64,000 nt of DNA from the human T2T-CHM13v2.0 reference genome, Homo sapiens (GCA_009914755.4 CP068257.2:7456001-7520000); one strand, 5' to 3'; shown: positions 14,600 to 29,329, counted from the stretch's first letter. The notes: generated by a model from the letters alone, not told the origin. A program made the numbers and translations.

Positions 14600-14994
14600 G
14601 GTGAGTTGTTTATTTGTTCTTCACTTTGTTTTACACTGTATTTTCTGAGTTTATGGGTGTCTGTGAATTAAAAAGGAAAAGTGGAAATAAGTAAAACTCA
14701 GGTTGAAGGAAATATACATAAATAAGATAAAGCTGACCTGTAGATATAGACAGGTTATAAAAGCTTAGAGTTGTCTAAGTTGAGTGCAAAGTTTCCTCTG
14801 ATCTTTCTGATGCCGAAACAAAAAAGGCAGTCATGTTTGTTACGTGATTGGAATGGAACCCGAAAAGAGAGCACGCTGTATTCTTGTGGGACAGGAAAGC
14901 TTGTGTGCACCAAGTCTTAACCACCACCTTCATTGGTGACATAGATTATGTGCTGGAACATATTTCACACCGGTCTGGCAGTAAGCACTTGTAG

Positions 14995-15205
14995 TGTTGT
15001 GCAGTGGAAACAGTCATCTTCCGCTAAGGCATGACGTGTTGTGCAGTGGAAATGGTCATCTTCCGCTAAAGCATGGCGTGTTGTGCAGTGGAAATGGTCA
15101 TCTGACGCTAAAGCACAGCATGTTGTACAGTGGAAATGGTCATCGTCTGCTAAAGCACGGCGTGTTGTGCAGTGGAAATGGTCATCTGCTGCTAAAGCAC
15201 AGCTT
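14995..15205. repeat. 42-bp minisatellite, 5 copies
   Basis: tgtgcagtggaaatggtcatcttccgctaaagcatggcgtgt repeated with point variants. This accounts for the ORF 14994-15272 (LCSGNGHLPLKHGV x5). Confidence 0.9.
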
Positions 15206-16214
15206 CCATCATAAGGTATGCTCCTTGCTCAAAGAGTGTGGTCCCAAACAGCTTTTGGGAGGTCCTCCTTGACTCATGGATGAAACCCGGAACATCTTGA
15301 GGACTGAGTTAACCACAGGTCCTTAAATAACTCTCCACACATTTTTCTTAGTTTATCTCTACATGCAGGGTGTGCAGCAGCCTGTTCAAAGTCATATTTT
15401 CTGGGAAATATTTTCAGTGTTTATTTGCAATTTAGCCCACTCTGTGTAGTCTTAACTTATTTCTTCTAAACTCACCATTAACCTAAATAATAGTCAAATT
15501 TAGGGGGGCTGTATTTGTCTTACTCGAGTCTTCTACCATAGTTGAAACTGTCGTACCCAAGCGAGTTAGAGAGAAATGCCACACTTTGAGACGAATTCAG
15601 GAGTCCTTTATTAGCTGGTGACTGAGAGATGGCTAACACAGGAAATACTCTCGGCCCTAAAGAATGGGCTAGATTTTCTTTTATACATTGGTTTAGAGAG
15701 GGGAGGGGGGATTCCAGCTGCAATAAACTTACAGAAGAAAAAACAGACAAAAAACTTAAAAAGACAGATGGTTACAGGAAAACAAACTGTTCCAGGTGCA
15801 GAGGCTTTAAATTCACCACAAAGTGATGAGTGAGGGGGCTCTGGGCTTTATCTTCCAGACAAATGTGGGGGCTTTATGATATTATCTCTGAGTAATTTGC
15901 TGGGAACTGCGGACATCACTTGCCTCAGCACTTTATCAGTTAATTGCACTCTTTGATATGTTGAAAATCAGCTTGCACAAGTTAAAGTCCTTGAGGAAAG
16001 GGGGTGGGTAAGGAGCCCTTGATGTCTTGTAAATGAAGGAGCCAAATGGAGTTTGTCTGGTTTTCTCAGCTAAGGGAGAGTCTATTCATATTAAAAACAA
16101 GGTTAGCTATCTAAGGAAGAGTCTATTCATGTTAATACAACGTTGGGTATTACAAAACATCTGTTCATGATCTGGAAATTCTTCCGTGTTAGTTCTGTTA
16201 AAAGAAAAACTTTC

Positions 16215-16620
16215 AAGGAGTTTAACTGAGCAATAAACGATTCATGAATCGGAAAGTCCCCAGAATCACAGCAGATTCACAGAGACTCCAGCACAGTCAT
16301 GTGGTGGAAGAAGATTTGTAGACAAAAGGGAAGTGGCATACCGAAATCGGAAGTGAGGTACAGAAACAACTCAGCGTTTGCCTTGTTTGAGCACAGTTTG
16401 AACATTTGGCAGTGCCTGATTGGTTGAAGTTTGGCCATTGGGATTGGCCAAGATGTAGCTGTTGTTTGAGGTGCATACACTCAAGTTAGGTTTTCATTCT
16501 TGTTTACCTATTAAGGTAGGTTGCAGGTCATCCACAAGGACTCATATATATAATTATGGAGTCCTTCTCAGGACATACTTAGTTCACTTTAACAATGCCT
16601 TCCCTTTGGTTATTTTCTCA
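16215..16620 (+). repeat. Unclassified interspersed repeat of about 420 bp; copy 1 of 2
   Basis: About 80% identical to 23350-23790 (shared ...tgagcaataaacgattcatgaatc...cagaatcacagcagatt...gttaggttttca...tctacctattaag...). Flanks are unrelated. Confidence 0.6.
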
Positions 16621-16971
16621 ATTTTGAGAGATTGGCCAAAACTTCAGTCACTGGTGTCACTATTACCCTTGCAAATGTACTTATTTGGTTTAGAAACCCA
16701 CTGGGAAATAGAACAGTGAGATTTGAAAAGGTGGAACAAGGACTTGAGTAGAAGGTGTCTTCTTATGCTGGAACATCCTGTTTACAGGAGAAAAACAAAA
16801 CCTGGTTTGTTCTAGGATTTATGTGTTTCCTTAAAGTCTTAGTTTGATTATGTTCCATTTAGCATGAGTGACTCCATTTTGGTTTGGTTTGTTCTGTTGG
16901 GACCTATTGCATGAGCTTAGTTCAAAACAATGGCCTCCCAGAATTTTGCTTAAAAAATTCCTCCTTTTGGC

Positions 16972-17262
16972 TGGGCACGGTGGCTCATGCCTGTAATCCC
17001 AGCACTTTGGGAGGCCGAGGTGGGCAGATCACGAGATCAGGAGATTGAGACCATCCTTGCTAATACGGCGAAACCTCATCTCTACTAAATACACAAAAAA
17101 ATAGCCAAGAATGCTGGCGGGTGCCTGTAGTCCCAGCTACTCAGGAGGCTGAGGCAGGAGAATGGCCTGAACCCGGGAGGCAGAGCTTGCAGTGAGCCGA
17201 GATCATGCCACTGCACTCCACTCTGGGGGACAGAGCAAGACTCTGTCTCAGAAAAAGAAAAT
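16972..17262 (+). mobile_element. Alu (plus)
   Basis: ggctgggcacggtggctcatgcctgtaatcccagcactttgggaggccgagg ... A-rich tail. Confidence 0.9.
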
Positions 17263-17336
17263 CCTCCTTTTCAGTCAAGTTCTCACTTAGTTGAGAGTGT
17301 GACCAAAATGTAGGGCCTTAGCCTCACTCTTAGTTA

Positions 17337-17583
17337 CCATTGTTTTGGGTTTCCGGTTTAGCACATCACTCCCATTGTTTTGGGTAATGGTTTTAGCACG
17401 TCACTCCCATTGTTTTGGGTTTCTGGTTTAGCACGTCACTCCCATTGTTTTGGGTTCTGGTTTTAGTACATCACTCCCATTGTTTTGGGTTCCGGTTTTA
17501 GTACATCAGTCCCATTGTTTTGGGTTTCTGGTTTAGCATGTCACTCCCATTGTTTTGGGTTTCTGGTTTAGCATGTCACTCAT
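17337..17583. repeat. 35-bp minisatellite, about 7 copies
   Basis: cattgttttgggtttctggtttagcacgtcactcc repeated with substitutions. Confidence 0.9.
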
Positions 17584-18875
17584 AGGTTACCGTGTCCTTA
17601 TGGTTGCACATTTTTTTTAATCTGTTGTCATTCCAGATGAAGAGATACCATTTGACATTTTAGAGATGGCTGCATGCAAACTCTTAAAACATTTGAGTAA
17701 GTACAGTGCACCAGGGAGACTCTTATGACTATTGGGATAACACCAAGAATTTGGTATATGCTCCTAACTCAGGGTCCCCATAAATCAAACCACCTAAAAT
17801 CAAATAGATTAAAGAATGAATTAGATAAAGAGTTTACTTGCTTAACTAAGTGGGTTTTTTTGTTAATTCCCTACAACCAAATCTTTATAATACCCGATGT
17901 TTTCTCCATATGCCATGTTAGCAGCTGCACAGATACTTAAGATAATAGTCTCATGATAGTAGAGAAGTCTTGATCTGTGATCTTGGGAAAAGCTGTTCAC
18001 ATTAAGGATGCCATCTTCTTCTGGGGGGGAACTGTCCTTGTTAGCTTTACCTTAAGGGTTCCAAGGGGTGTATGGTTCCGAGTGTGGAGGGACCCTTCTG
18101 AGTTGTAAGACTATGAACCCAAAGTTTAAGGTTTTAAAGTTTTGCTGTCATGTGGATGGCAAGGGCAGTCCTCTGATGTTCTCAGAAGATCCAGTCATCA
18201 TATTCTAGATTGTGAAGGGGTTGGCTGTCCTCTGTGAACCATAAAAGGCTTTCTTTAGCTGGTGAAAATACACTTCAGCATAATAATCTACTGTTTTAAC
18301 ATCAACCCTCTTGCATGGAAGAGCTTTTTTACAATCAGAAAACATGCACTGAAAATGACAACTGAATGAAATCCCTTTATAAAATGTTTAAATGGCCCAT
18401 CAGGTAACCAAATGCACCTGAAGTTTTGATTGTTTTCCTAGGAATATAGGTTCGACAAACCAAACATTGATTATAAACTATTTTAGCAATTTAGAGATCA
18501 CCACAGCAATATATTTAATTTGGATCATTTTCTCTTTCCATGATGAGTTATGGAATGCAGAACTTTTAATAACAAAAGTTTTAAGGACTTAAGACGGAAA
18601 GGTGGCCATCCTGGTTATTCATAAGTCCGTGCTTAATTAACATTAGACTTACATCCTCTTGAATACCAGCTGTTTCTTCAAATTAGGTGCATGGCACTGG
18701 TAACTGATGAGTTATAGGTAATTTGGCTTAGACCATGGAGTGTATTTAAATTATATATCTAAACAATTTCAATATTGGTGATTTAGCATGCAAATCTGGC
18801 AAAATATTTCCTTGATATTCAATTTTTGTTTTACTTGGGTTAGCAGTTTTATAAACCAGTTGGTCTTCTTATTAA

Positions 18876-19189
<314 letters not shown>

Positions 19190-19487
19190 CTAACTTTTGA
19201 GAATTCTTAACCAGTCCAATTATTGGGGGATCGGGGAACTTATGGGGAATTTTTACCCATGATATTAAAGTTATTAGAAACCTGTGTTCCCGAGTGTTTT
19301 TCATGTTCCTTTTCATTCTTTCATGAATCTTCTATTCTAGAATTTTGCATGCTTGTGAAGCTTTTAGAAACTGCATCACCATTAAGCAATTAACTGTGGA
19401 AATGACTTTAAATAGTTATAGTTAAAGACAATTGATAAGGAAATTTGCTTATTTCTGTGGTCTACAATAACTTAATAACCATAATTA

Positions 19488-19780
<293 letters not shown>

Positions 19781-19833
19781 AAACAGGTAATTATGATAGA
19801 TAGCATATAGGCATATTAGAATTTTAGAATCCT

Positions 19834-20210
<377 letters not shown>

Positions 20211-20671
20211 TTATTTTGACAGTGCTACCCATGTGACTTAACATGTTAAATAGTCCTGTTTACCTCTCTTTTGGGTGCTTCAAGGGCCTCTGTAGTATCC
20301 CAAAGGTAGAGGTCAGAAAAGACAATTTTGAAGTTGAAATTTGATTTTGGGAAGCCTATTAAATATATTAAAAGTTTAAACACTTGATGTTATGAAATAG
20401 AATTCCAGGTCACCGTAAGTCATTCATTTACTTAAAATCATGACTTAAAAAAGTTTTAAAGGGCAAAAATCTTTACTCATTGATAGAGGGAAGACTTATC
20501 TTCACAAACGATCTGCCTCTTGTTTTTCCTTTTTTTTTTTTGGTAGTTTATTTAAAAGGCAAACAAATTTTTCATTATTTTTTAATATTACCTGAACATC
20601 TTCTTTAAAGAGAGAAAGCCAAATGTCACCCACTTTTTCATAAAACCTTATAGACAAACCTATTATTCTTT

Positions 20672-20977
20672 CTTTTTTTTTTTTTTTTTTTTTTTGAGAT
20701 GGATTTTCCCTCTTGTTGCCCAGGCTGGAGTGCAATGGTGTGATCTCGGTTCACTGCAACCCCCTGCCTCCCCTGTTCAAGCGATTCTCCTGCCCCAGCC
20801 TCCTGAGTAGCTGGGATTAGAGGCATGGGCCACCATGCCCAGCTAATTTTGTGTTTTTAGTAGAGACGGGGTTTTTCCTTGTTGGTCAGGCTGGCCCTGA
20901 ACTCCTTACCTCAGGTGATCCACCTGCCTCAGCCTCCCCAAGTGTTGGGATTACAAGCACGAGTCACTGCACCTGGC
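20672..20977 (-). mobile_element. Alu (minus), followed by a short Alu-like remnant at about 20980-21027
   Basis: T25 gagatggattttccctcttgttgcccaggctggagtgcaatgg ... through to cacgagtcactgcacctggcc. Confidence 0.85.
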
Positions 20978-22029
20978 CATTTTTTTTTTTTTAAAGATTG
21001 CGTCTTGCTCTGTCACCCTCCTCACCACATTATAGCTCTGGGGGCCAAGCTGCATCACAATGGAAAATCATGGAATCGCAGGAAGAATCCACTCAGCTTT
21101 GCCAAATGCAGCCCAAGGGGTTGCTTGGAGTAACCAAATTAACATTTTTCATTCTGCCCAGAGCAAAATACATGTGACAAAACATAGACACGTGCCACTT
21201 TGCTCAGCACCCAGTATCAAACTGGTAAGACTCAAACTTGCTCCCAGATGGGCCGTGCCATCTCTAAATCTTTTTAGAAGCTTCTGCATATTAATAGGCA
21301 TCCCTAGATGAGACTAATTTGGGAGCCCTCATTTTTAAATGCACTTCAGGGCATTATTCATTTGGAATGTTCCACTGTAAGTTATCTTAATAAGATTTTG
21401 CCATTTCTGTAAGACTTTGCTGCTTCCCAGGCCTAATGTATTAGCCAGAAGGAGCTTAGTTTTCCAGAAATTAAGGATCCTATTTTTACCAAAAATATTG
21501 GCTTTACTCCCGGGTTCCCTTCATTAACTTAGCCAATGATTTTTTTTTCCTGCTTAAGAATGCGAGAAAAATGAAACAAAGGGGTAGAACACAAAAATCC
21601 CTGTGAATTTTCAAAAGCCAAATGTTACAACCTTCCAATATTATCATTTACTACCACTTTCCTTCTGACCCAGTCAGATGTAGGAGGCCTCTAACTGGAA
21701 CTGGATTCAAGCCAGTTAACTACTGGATCAAATCTGATCCTGGACCTGGTCCCTTTTCTGTCATAACTTCTAAAACATCCAGCCAGTCATGGCTGGATAG
21801 CAGTTTGGAACAGAAATTTGCTCAAAGAAACTCAGAGCTCAAAACACAAATCCATGGAGCTCTGAAATCCGAGAGAAAATTTACCATGATCCCCAGCTGC
21901 TCCGAGAGATCAAAGGACACAAGTGTTACAGAATCTGAGGCGTCACTTTTCTGCCTGAAACCTCTGGCTGGTGGAGCCTTTACCTGTGTTTTGCTTGGGC
22001 CCACTGGGTTAGTTCTGTCCACTCAGCTC

Positions 22030-22560
22030 ATGCTAGTGGTCTGGATCCCACACCTGCCAAGGGCGAGCTGGGTACAGAGCAGTGAGGGGTGTGTGAGCAA
22101 GCGAGCATGGGATCTGGCCACTGCACACAGCCAAGCATGCCAGCTGCAGAGGGGTGGGCAGCTCCAGGCACAGATGCCAGCTCCCTGTGAGGCTGCAGCT
22201 GGACCAGGCCGACTGCAAACAGCTTCCACTGTGGGTATCAGGGAATGCAGTGGCACCCAGAAGCTTGGAGATGCAGGACCTGCAGAGCCCCAAAGAAGGT
22301 GTCACAGCCCTGGCTGGGGGAGCTCCTAGGTCTGTGTTCCCTGAAGGGACACAGCTCTTCTCTCCTTCTCTCTTCTCTTCTTCTTGCCTGCAATTTGGCA
22401 AGCAAGGAGCGCGTTTCAGCCCTGTTTATGTTACACCTCTTTCAGCCCTGCTAGTTGGCAGGTCCCGAGTTCTTGTCCTGAGTCCAGGAAAAATGAGGTA
22501 TGTGGACAAGTAGAAGGTGAGCAAGGTGAAGAGGTGCTTTATTGAGCCACAGTACAGCTC
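22030..22560 (-). repeat. LTR-like interspersed repeat; copy 2 of 2 (minus)
   Basis: Its reverse complement aligns with 5185-5725 (e.g. ...gctgtgacaccttctttggggctctgcaggtcctgcatctccaagcttctgggtgccactg...). A minus-strand AATAAA lies just beyond, at about 22540. Confidence 0.4.
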
Positions 22561-23349
22561 AGAGGAGACCTGCAGTGGGTAGTTCCTTTCTGCAGGCAGG
22601 TCATCCCAACGTCTGTTCAGCTCTCAGCAGCTGAGAGGAGATGCACGGTGGGTAGCTGTGCCCATAGTGCCCAGGCGTTCGAGCTGAGGAGGGCCTTCTG
22701 GCCACTGCTGAGCCACTCTTAGCCCCACCTCACCCTCCCTCCTGTGCTTGCCAGTGCCCAAAGTCTGGAGGGGGCCAAGGTGGCAGGGGGCTGGCATGTC
22801 AGCACTGCCCTGAGCTTGCACAAACCGGGCCGTGTTGTGACTGTGCCCGGGTTTGGCCTCAACTTGGATCCGAATTTGGAGTGGGTTCTGGAAGCAGAGG
22901 GACGCCAGGTGGCAGGACCAGGTACAACTGAGCCTACGGGGCAGGGGGCCTTGCTGGGCCTCTGAGAGTGCAGAGATGCCCGGGTTTGCAGTCATGGCTG
23001 GATGGCTGCAGCTGTGCCTGGGAGGGCGGGGTTCCTGCCTGATAATTTAGAAGGGACAGGTCTCCCACCCATTCCTGGCTCCCACCAGCTTTGAGGAGTG
23101 CACAGCCCCAGCCACTCCTCCCCACTGCAGCCAGTGTCTCCATAGCAACTGCTCCACGTGGGCCACTGCTGCCATCACAAACGGGTCCTTTCAGGTTCCT
23201 TCCTTGTACCTCAGCACTCTGGGGGTCATTAGAAGCCTTAGCAACACTGCTCACCACAGTATAGCTCCAGAGGCCCTAGCAGTCCTGCTCCCACAGATCC
23301 CACTTCTGACACCATCTATTAAAAGAAAATCTTCAGCTGAATTAAATTT

Positions 23350-23790
23350 AAAGGAACTTAATTGAGCAATGAATGATTCACGAATCAGGCAGCCCCCAGA
23401 ATCACAGCAGATTTGGTGAGACTCCAGCACAGACACATGGTGGAAGATTTATAGACAATAAAGGGAACATGATGTACAAAAATCTGAAGTGAGGAGTGAG
23501 GTCTAGAAGCAACTGGGTCCATTACAGTTCTCAGCAGTGAGGTCCAGAAACAACTGGACTGGTTACAGTGCTCAGCATTTGCCTTATTTGAACACAGCTG
23601 AACACTCAGCAGTGTGTGAGTGGCAGAAGTTTGGCTGTTGGGATTGGCCACGACTCAGCTACTGTTTTAGGCACATACTCCTAAGTTAGGTTTTCAGTCT
23701 TTCTACCTATTAAGTTAGGTTGCAGTTTGTCCACAGGGACTCAAATCTAGAAGTACAGAGTCCTTCCCAGGCCATATTTAGTTCACTGTA
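23350..23790 (+). repeat. Unclassified interspersed repeat; copy 2 of 2
   Basis: Homologous to 16215-16620. Confidence 0.6.
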
Positions 23791-24199
23791 ACAGTTCCTA
23801 TTATGACCTCACTGACAGTTCTTTTTCTCTGAATTCTCCTTTCTTCTCAACAGCTTGTCCAAATGTTCCATTGGTCCCTGTTCATCTTGCCCTGCAGTTC
23901 TCCTTGACTGATTCAGCCCTTTGTGGTTTGCAGTCCTGTTTCTCTACAGCTTGGACCTCTTCAGTCTTTCCATCATAGGTTTAACTCTCTGTTGAATGCT
24001 TCTTTGTAGCTATCCAAATTTACCTTAAGCTCAAAAAATTCGAAGTGAAAGCCACATCCTCTTCTCTTCCCTTATGTGTATGGCATTACTACCATGCAGC
24101 CAGTGACCCAAAATGGGATTTCTTCTGGGCTTTTCTTGCTTAGATTCAGGCTCATCTGGTGTCAAGCCTTGTTACTTTTGTTTCCTTGTTCTTTTATTT

Positions 24200-24495
24200 T
24201 TATTTTTTTTCTTTTGAGACAGAGTTTCGCTCTTGTTGCCCAGGCTAGAGCGCAGTGGTGTGATCTCAGCTCACTGCAGCCTCCACCTCCTGGGTTCAAG
24301 CAATTCTCCTGCCTCAGCTCCTGAGTAGCTGGTATTACAGGCATGTGCCACCATGCCCGGCTAATTTTGTATGTTTAGTAGAGATGGGGTTTCTCTGTTT
24401 TGATCAGGGTGGTCTCGAACTCCCGACCTCAGGTGATCCGCCCACCTCGGCCTCCCAAAGTGCTGGGATTACAGACGTGAGCCACCGTGCCTGGC
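24200..24495 (-). mobile_element. Alu (minus)
   Basis: gagacagagtttcgctcttgttgcccaggctagagcgcagtgg ... through to gacgtgagccaccgtgcctggcc. Confidence 0.9.
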
Positions 24496-25844
24496 CTGCT
24501 TGTTGTTTTCATCTCATCCTGATTTCCGAATACAGGAGAGAAGCTGAGTTGGTGTTCACTAACAAGCACAGAAGCTTTGTTATATTTACAGTGTCATTCT
24601 TGGCAAAACCTGAAGGGTGTGTTTGTGGGGTGATGAGGTTCAGTCACCTGTGACCTGTGCATCTGGTCAGCACTGTGGTGACATCCTTAGGAATCCATGG
24701 GGAGAGAGAAAGCATTCAGGAGTTAGTGGGTCACATTTGACAAGGGCCAATAAAGAAATATGCAAAGACAAAAAACAAGAAGAACATTGTCATATTTTCT
24801 ACCTTTTGTTTATATAAATTTATGTCAATGATTTTAGCTTATGTTAATATGCAATGTATATAATATGCTAACATTTACAATATATGTTTATAGTTTAAAC
24901 ATTTCTGTCATATTTTCAGATTCTTTAAAGATTATATTACGCTTCCTATTTCAGATAGCTGCTTAAAATGAGTAAGGAAAAACGGATGTGTGCATCAGTT
25001 CCAACTGTTTATGTACTAAAACTAGTTGATATCTTGGTTAAGAACAAAAAGTGACAACCTAATTAACTGAAAATTTTAAGTGGGCAATTATAGTTTTAGC
25101 TTTAACGTAAAATATTAACTATGCTCCATTCTTGCATTTTTAACCTAATACTCAATATAAATCACCACGTGCCATGTTTCAGATCAAGGTTTTACTTGGG
25201 ATCTCTCATGAGTTTTTCAAGGTTTTAATTATCTGCAATGTAACAATGTACCAGTAACCTTACTGGCTTAAACCAGGAATTTATTCTTTTTACATGTCAC
25301 AATTTTCTGGGTCAAGACACTGGACAGGGCAGTGTGGGTTGGCTGCTTCGTGATGTCCCTGGTCTCATCTGGGAGGACTCTAGTGGCTGGGGACATGAAG
25401 CAGGCACCCAGAAGGACTCTAGTGGCTGGGGACATGGAGCAGGCACCGAGCCCTCTCTTTGTGGCCAGCACGGACTTCCTCCCAGTCTGGCAGTGTCAGT
25501 TACTCAGGTTTGTCTGGCTTCTCCCAGGGTGTGTGTCCAAGAGGCCCAGGCAGAAGCTGTAAGGCCTCTCATGATCATCCCTCAGAAGTCCCAGAGCATC
25601 TATCCTGCCACACTGTCCAGTCATACTCATCACTGAGACCAGCCATGATTCAAGGGGGGAAGGTGATTAGATTCCACCTCTTGATGAGAAGAATAGTAGG
25701 AACCTGCAGCAGTCTTTAATAAACCACAGTTTGTCCTCTGGCCACAAACTATTAACGTTTCTCCCACATGCAAATTATGCTTTGCCCCTCTCAAGAGTCC
25801 CAGAATGGTTTTCCTTATGGCACTGGCTGGTAGCCCAACTGAAT

Positions 25845-26022
25845 CCTGAATCAGGTTGTGGTGGCCTGTCATCTGCACCCACACACACTCAGCCGCAGTG
25901 AGGACTGAATCAAGTTATGGTGGCCTGTCATCTGCCCCCCCACACACAGCCACAGTGGGGACTGAATCAGGTTGTTGTGACCTATCATCTGTGCCCACAC
26001 ACTCAGCCGCAGTGAGGGGACT
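25845..26022. repeat. Tandem repeat of about 59 bp, 3 copies
   Basis: gaatcaggttgtggtggcctgtcatctgcacccacacacactcagccgcagtgaggact three times. Confidence 0.85.
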
Positions 26023-26199
26023 GGTGTGAAAACAGTCAGCATTTCCCTTTAGAAGCTGTTGGTGGGAGGCAGGAGGGAGGTGCTGCCCTGCAGGCCCCGT
26101 CTAACAGCTGGTCATTCCCATGGGGCGCCTGTTACAGTTCTGTGATTAGTGCCCAGTACGGGTCCCTGAGAACGGCGCCCAGTCCTTGTCCCTGAGAAC

Positions 26200-28120
26200 G
26201 GCGTTTGTGTCCTTTTACTTCTCCCTCTGGGCTTTTGTCATTCTCCATGTTCTTTTTCCTTCAGTGCCTGGGTTGCCGTTGACCAACTTTCTCTGCCTTT
26301 TTCTTATGGTCAATAGGGTATTCAATGGCTTCTTTTTAATTTTTTTCCTTTTCTTTTTTTTTTTCTTTGGCCTTTTGAGACAAGAAATTATTTCTTTATA
26401 TTTTCTCTAAATTTTGTTTGAAAAGTGAACTTCCTTCTTTAGATCATGTCCCTCTCCTGTCATATTTATTCAATGACAGTTAGGGTAGGCTGGTAGCACT
26501 TTCCATGTTCTTCCCAGATGTCTCCTTAGGCAGATCCCTGAGATGGTGCAGTGCCCTTTCGGTTTCCATGTTGTGGCTGTAGTTTTCTCACAGTCCCTCA
26601 GCACATAACTCTCAGGCCTTTTCCCCACTTTCCAATGACATTTTCTCACCGTCCTTCAGGCCCTGACCAAGAGTCTTGATGCCCTTCCAGGTTGCATGAA
26701 TGGTCTCCTTGAGGCCCAGTTAAAGGTCAGCCTCACAGTCGTGGCACATATTGTAGCTTCTGATTACCACAGCGGCTCATTTCCAGCTACCATATTCTGT
26801 TCCAGTTATCTATTCTGAAGAAACCATCCCCAAAACTTGGCAGCTTAAAACAACTCATTATTACCTGTTTTTTGGCTTAGAGAGTCTTGGTGGCCAGCTC
26901 ATCTCACACACAGTTGCAGCCAAGCTGGATTGTGTGAAAGCACAGTGGGGTGGTGTGCAGGGTGGCTCACTAGTGGTTGGGAGTGGATGTTGCTGAAGGC
27001 TCACTAGTGGTTGGGAGTCGGTGTTGCTGGAGGGTCAGTGGGGGATGTCAATGTGTGTAGCTAGTCACGGACTGGCCATGTGGTTTCCATCATGAGGTCT
27101 CAGGGGAGTGGGATTTCCTGCCTGGTGACTGGCTTTCTCCTGGATAAGTGTTCTGTTTTCTCAGCCTGGCTTCTGAAGTCCCCAAATACCACCTTTGTCA
27201 CCTTCTGTTGGCCAAGCAAGTTAGTAGTCTGGGCAAGGTTTAAGGGGAATTGGTTCTCACAGAGAGAGGAGCAGGAAAGAAGTTGTCACCTTTAGTCTAC
27301 CAGAAATATGATTTTTATAACAAGTTTGTTCCAAATACATTCCAGTTCCCCTTGTGAATACTTTTTTGACTCACAGGGTATTTCAAAGTTTATTACTTGG
27401 TTTTCAGACATTTGAGGCTTTTCTGGATATCAATTTGTTGTTGGTTTCTAATTTAATTTCAGGTGTTCAGACAACATACTTTGTATACTATGTCATGCTT
27501 GAACATTTTCTCAATTGATCAACATACAGTCTATCTTGGTACTGCCAAGTACCATTTGGGTCAGGATTTTGTCATTTAGATCCGTATTTTTCCTATATTT
27601 TTATCTGGTTGTTCCGTCAGTTACTGAGAGAGCAGTATTAATTCACCAGCTATAATTTTGGATTGTCAATTTCCTGCTTTTGTTCTGTTGTTTTTGATTC
27701 ACGTAATTTGAGGCTCTGTGTGTGAGAGTACTTTGTGTGCACTTTGAGGTACAATTTATAATTGTAACATCACCCTCTCTGATTCTTTTATTTTTATGAA
27801 ATTACCTTTTTTATTTCTGGTGATATATTTTGTTCTGGAGCCTCTTTCATCTAGTGTTAACGTCTCTGTTGAAGCTTTTTATGATTAGTGTCTGGATAGC
27901 ATATTTTTATGATTAGTGTCTGCATAGCATATTTTTTCTCATACTTTGTGTCTTTGTATTTAAATTGTGTCTCTGTGGATGCCATATTGTTGGGTCTTGC
28001 TTTCCTCTCAGGTCTGGCAGTCTCTGTCTTAAGTAGAGTATTTGTCCAGTTACATTGTAACTAATCATTGCTAAGGTTGGATTTAGGTCTGCCATTTTTC
28101 TACTTATTTTCTATTTGTTT
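26200..28120 (-). mobile_element. Old L1-derived sequence (5' region/ORF region, minus orientation), degraded
   Basis: T-rich, with a reverse-complemented L1 5'-region-like composition and motifs. Only a low-resolution call is possible. Confidence 0.4.
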
Positions 28121-28121
28121 T

Positions 28122-28413
28122 TTTTTTTTTTTTAAGACAGGGTCTTGCTCTGTCACCGAGACTGTAGTGCAATGGTGTAATGTTGGCTCACTGCAACCTC
28201 TGCCTCCCAGGCCCAACCAATCCTCACTGGAGCCCACTGAGTAGCTGGGACTACAGGCACATGGAAACACACCTGGCTAATTTTTATATTTTTTGTAGAG
28301 ATAGGGTTTTGCCATGTTGCACAGGCTGGTCTTGAACTCCTGAGCTCAAGCAATCTACCCACCTTGGCCTCCCAAAGTGTTTGGATGACAGGCATGAGCC
28401 ACCATGTCTGGCC
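28122..28413 (-). mobile_element. Alu (minus, older AluJ-like)
   Basis: agacagggtcttgctctgtcaccgagactgtagtgcaatgg ... through to ggcatgagccaccatgtctggcc. Confidence 0.85.
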
Positions 28414-28524
28414 TTCGTCTGTGTTTTGATCTTCTATATATTCTTTCCTAACTTCTTTTGGGTTAAATATTTCTAAATATTCCAGTTTGATTAATATTTT
28501 GGCTTTTTGAAATAATTTTTTATA

Positions 28525-28824
<300 letters not shown>

Positions 28825-28829
28825 TTATA

Positions 28830-29165
28830 AATAATTTATTATTTAGAATTTTCGTAACAAACACATACCTTAAAATTTACCATCGTAACCAGTTGTAGGT
28901 ATACAGTTTTGTAGAGTTAAGAATATTTACGGTGCTGTGTAGCAGATTTCTAGATTTTTTTTTTATCTTGGAAAATTCTATACCCATTCAACAACTATTA
29001 ATTTCCCCCTCCTTCCACCTCCTGGCAAGTACTATTCTACTTTGTGTTTCTAAAAATTTGGCTTATATACCTAGGGTTATATAATATTTGTTGTTTTGTA
29101 AGTAGGTTCCATGTTATGTGTCAGATGTGTCACGATTTTCTTCCTTTCTATGGCTGAATAATATT
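28830..29165 (+). mobile_element. Old L1 3'-end fragment (plus)
   Basis: Characteristic ...ccctggcaagtactattctactttgtgtttctaaaaatttggcttatatacctagg...ttctatggctgaataatatt... L1M 3'-end motif. Confidence 0.6.
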
Positions 29166-29232
29166 TCTTCATATATATATTATATATATATTACATATAT
29201 AATATATATATATATATCATGTATATATATAT
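29166..29232. repeat. (TA)n / TATATA-rich microsatellite
   Basis: atatatatattatatatatattacatatataatatatatatatatatc. Confidence 0.9.
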
Positions 29233-29329
29233 GCTTTTGTTTATCCACCTATTTCTGGACGGACGTTTTGGTTTCTTCCACCTTGTGGCTGTGTAATGCT
29301 GCTGTGAACTTAGGTGTGCACATATCTGT

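Noticed and set aside
21622-22329. A 235-aa ORF, the longest in the window
   Set aside because: It starts in unique AT-rich sequence and runs into the LTR-like repeat copy. The composition is heterogeneous. There is no conserved domain-like peptide and no splice context. I treat it as chance.
22600-23300. A GC-rich block with ORFs on both strands that could be a second CpG island
   Set aside because: CpG count is low (roughly 15 in 700 bp) despite the high GC content. It looks like CpG-depleted GC-rich sequence rather than an unmethylated island.
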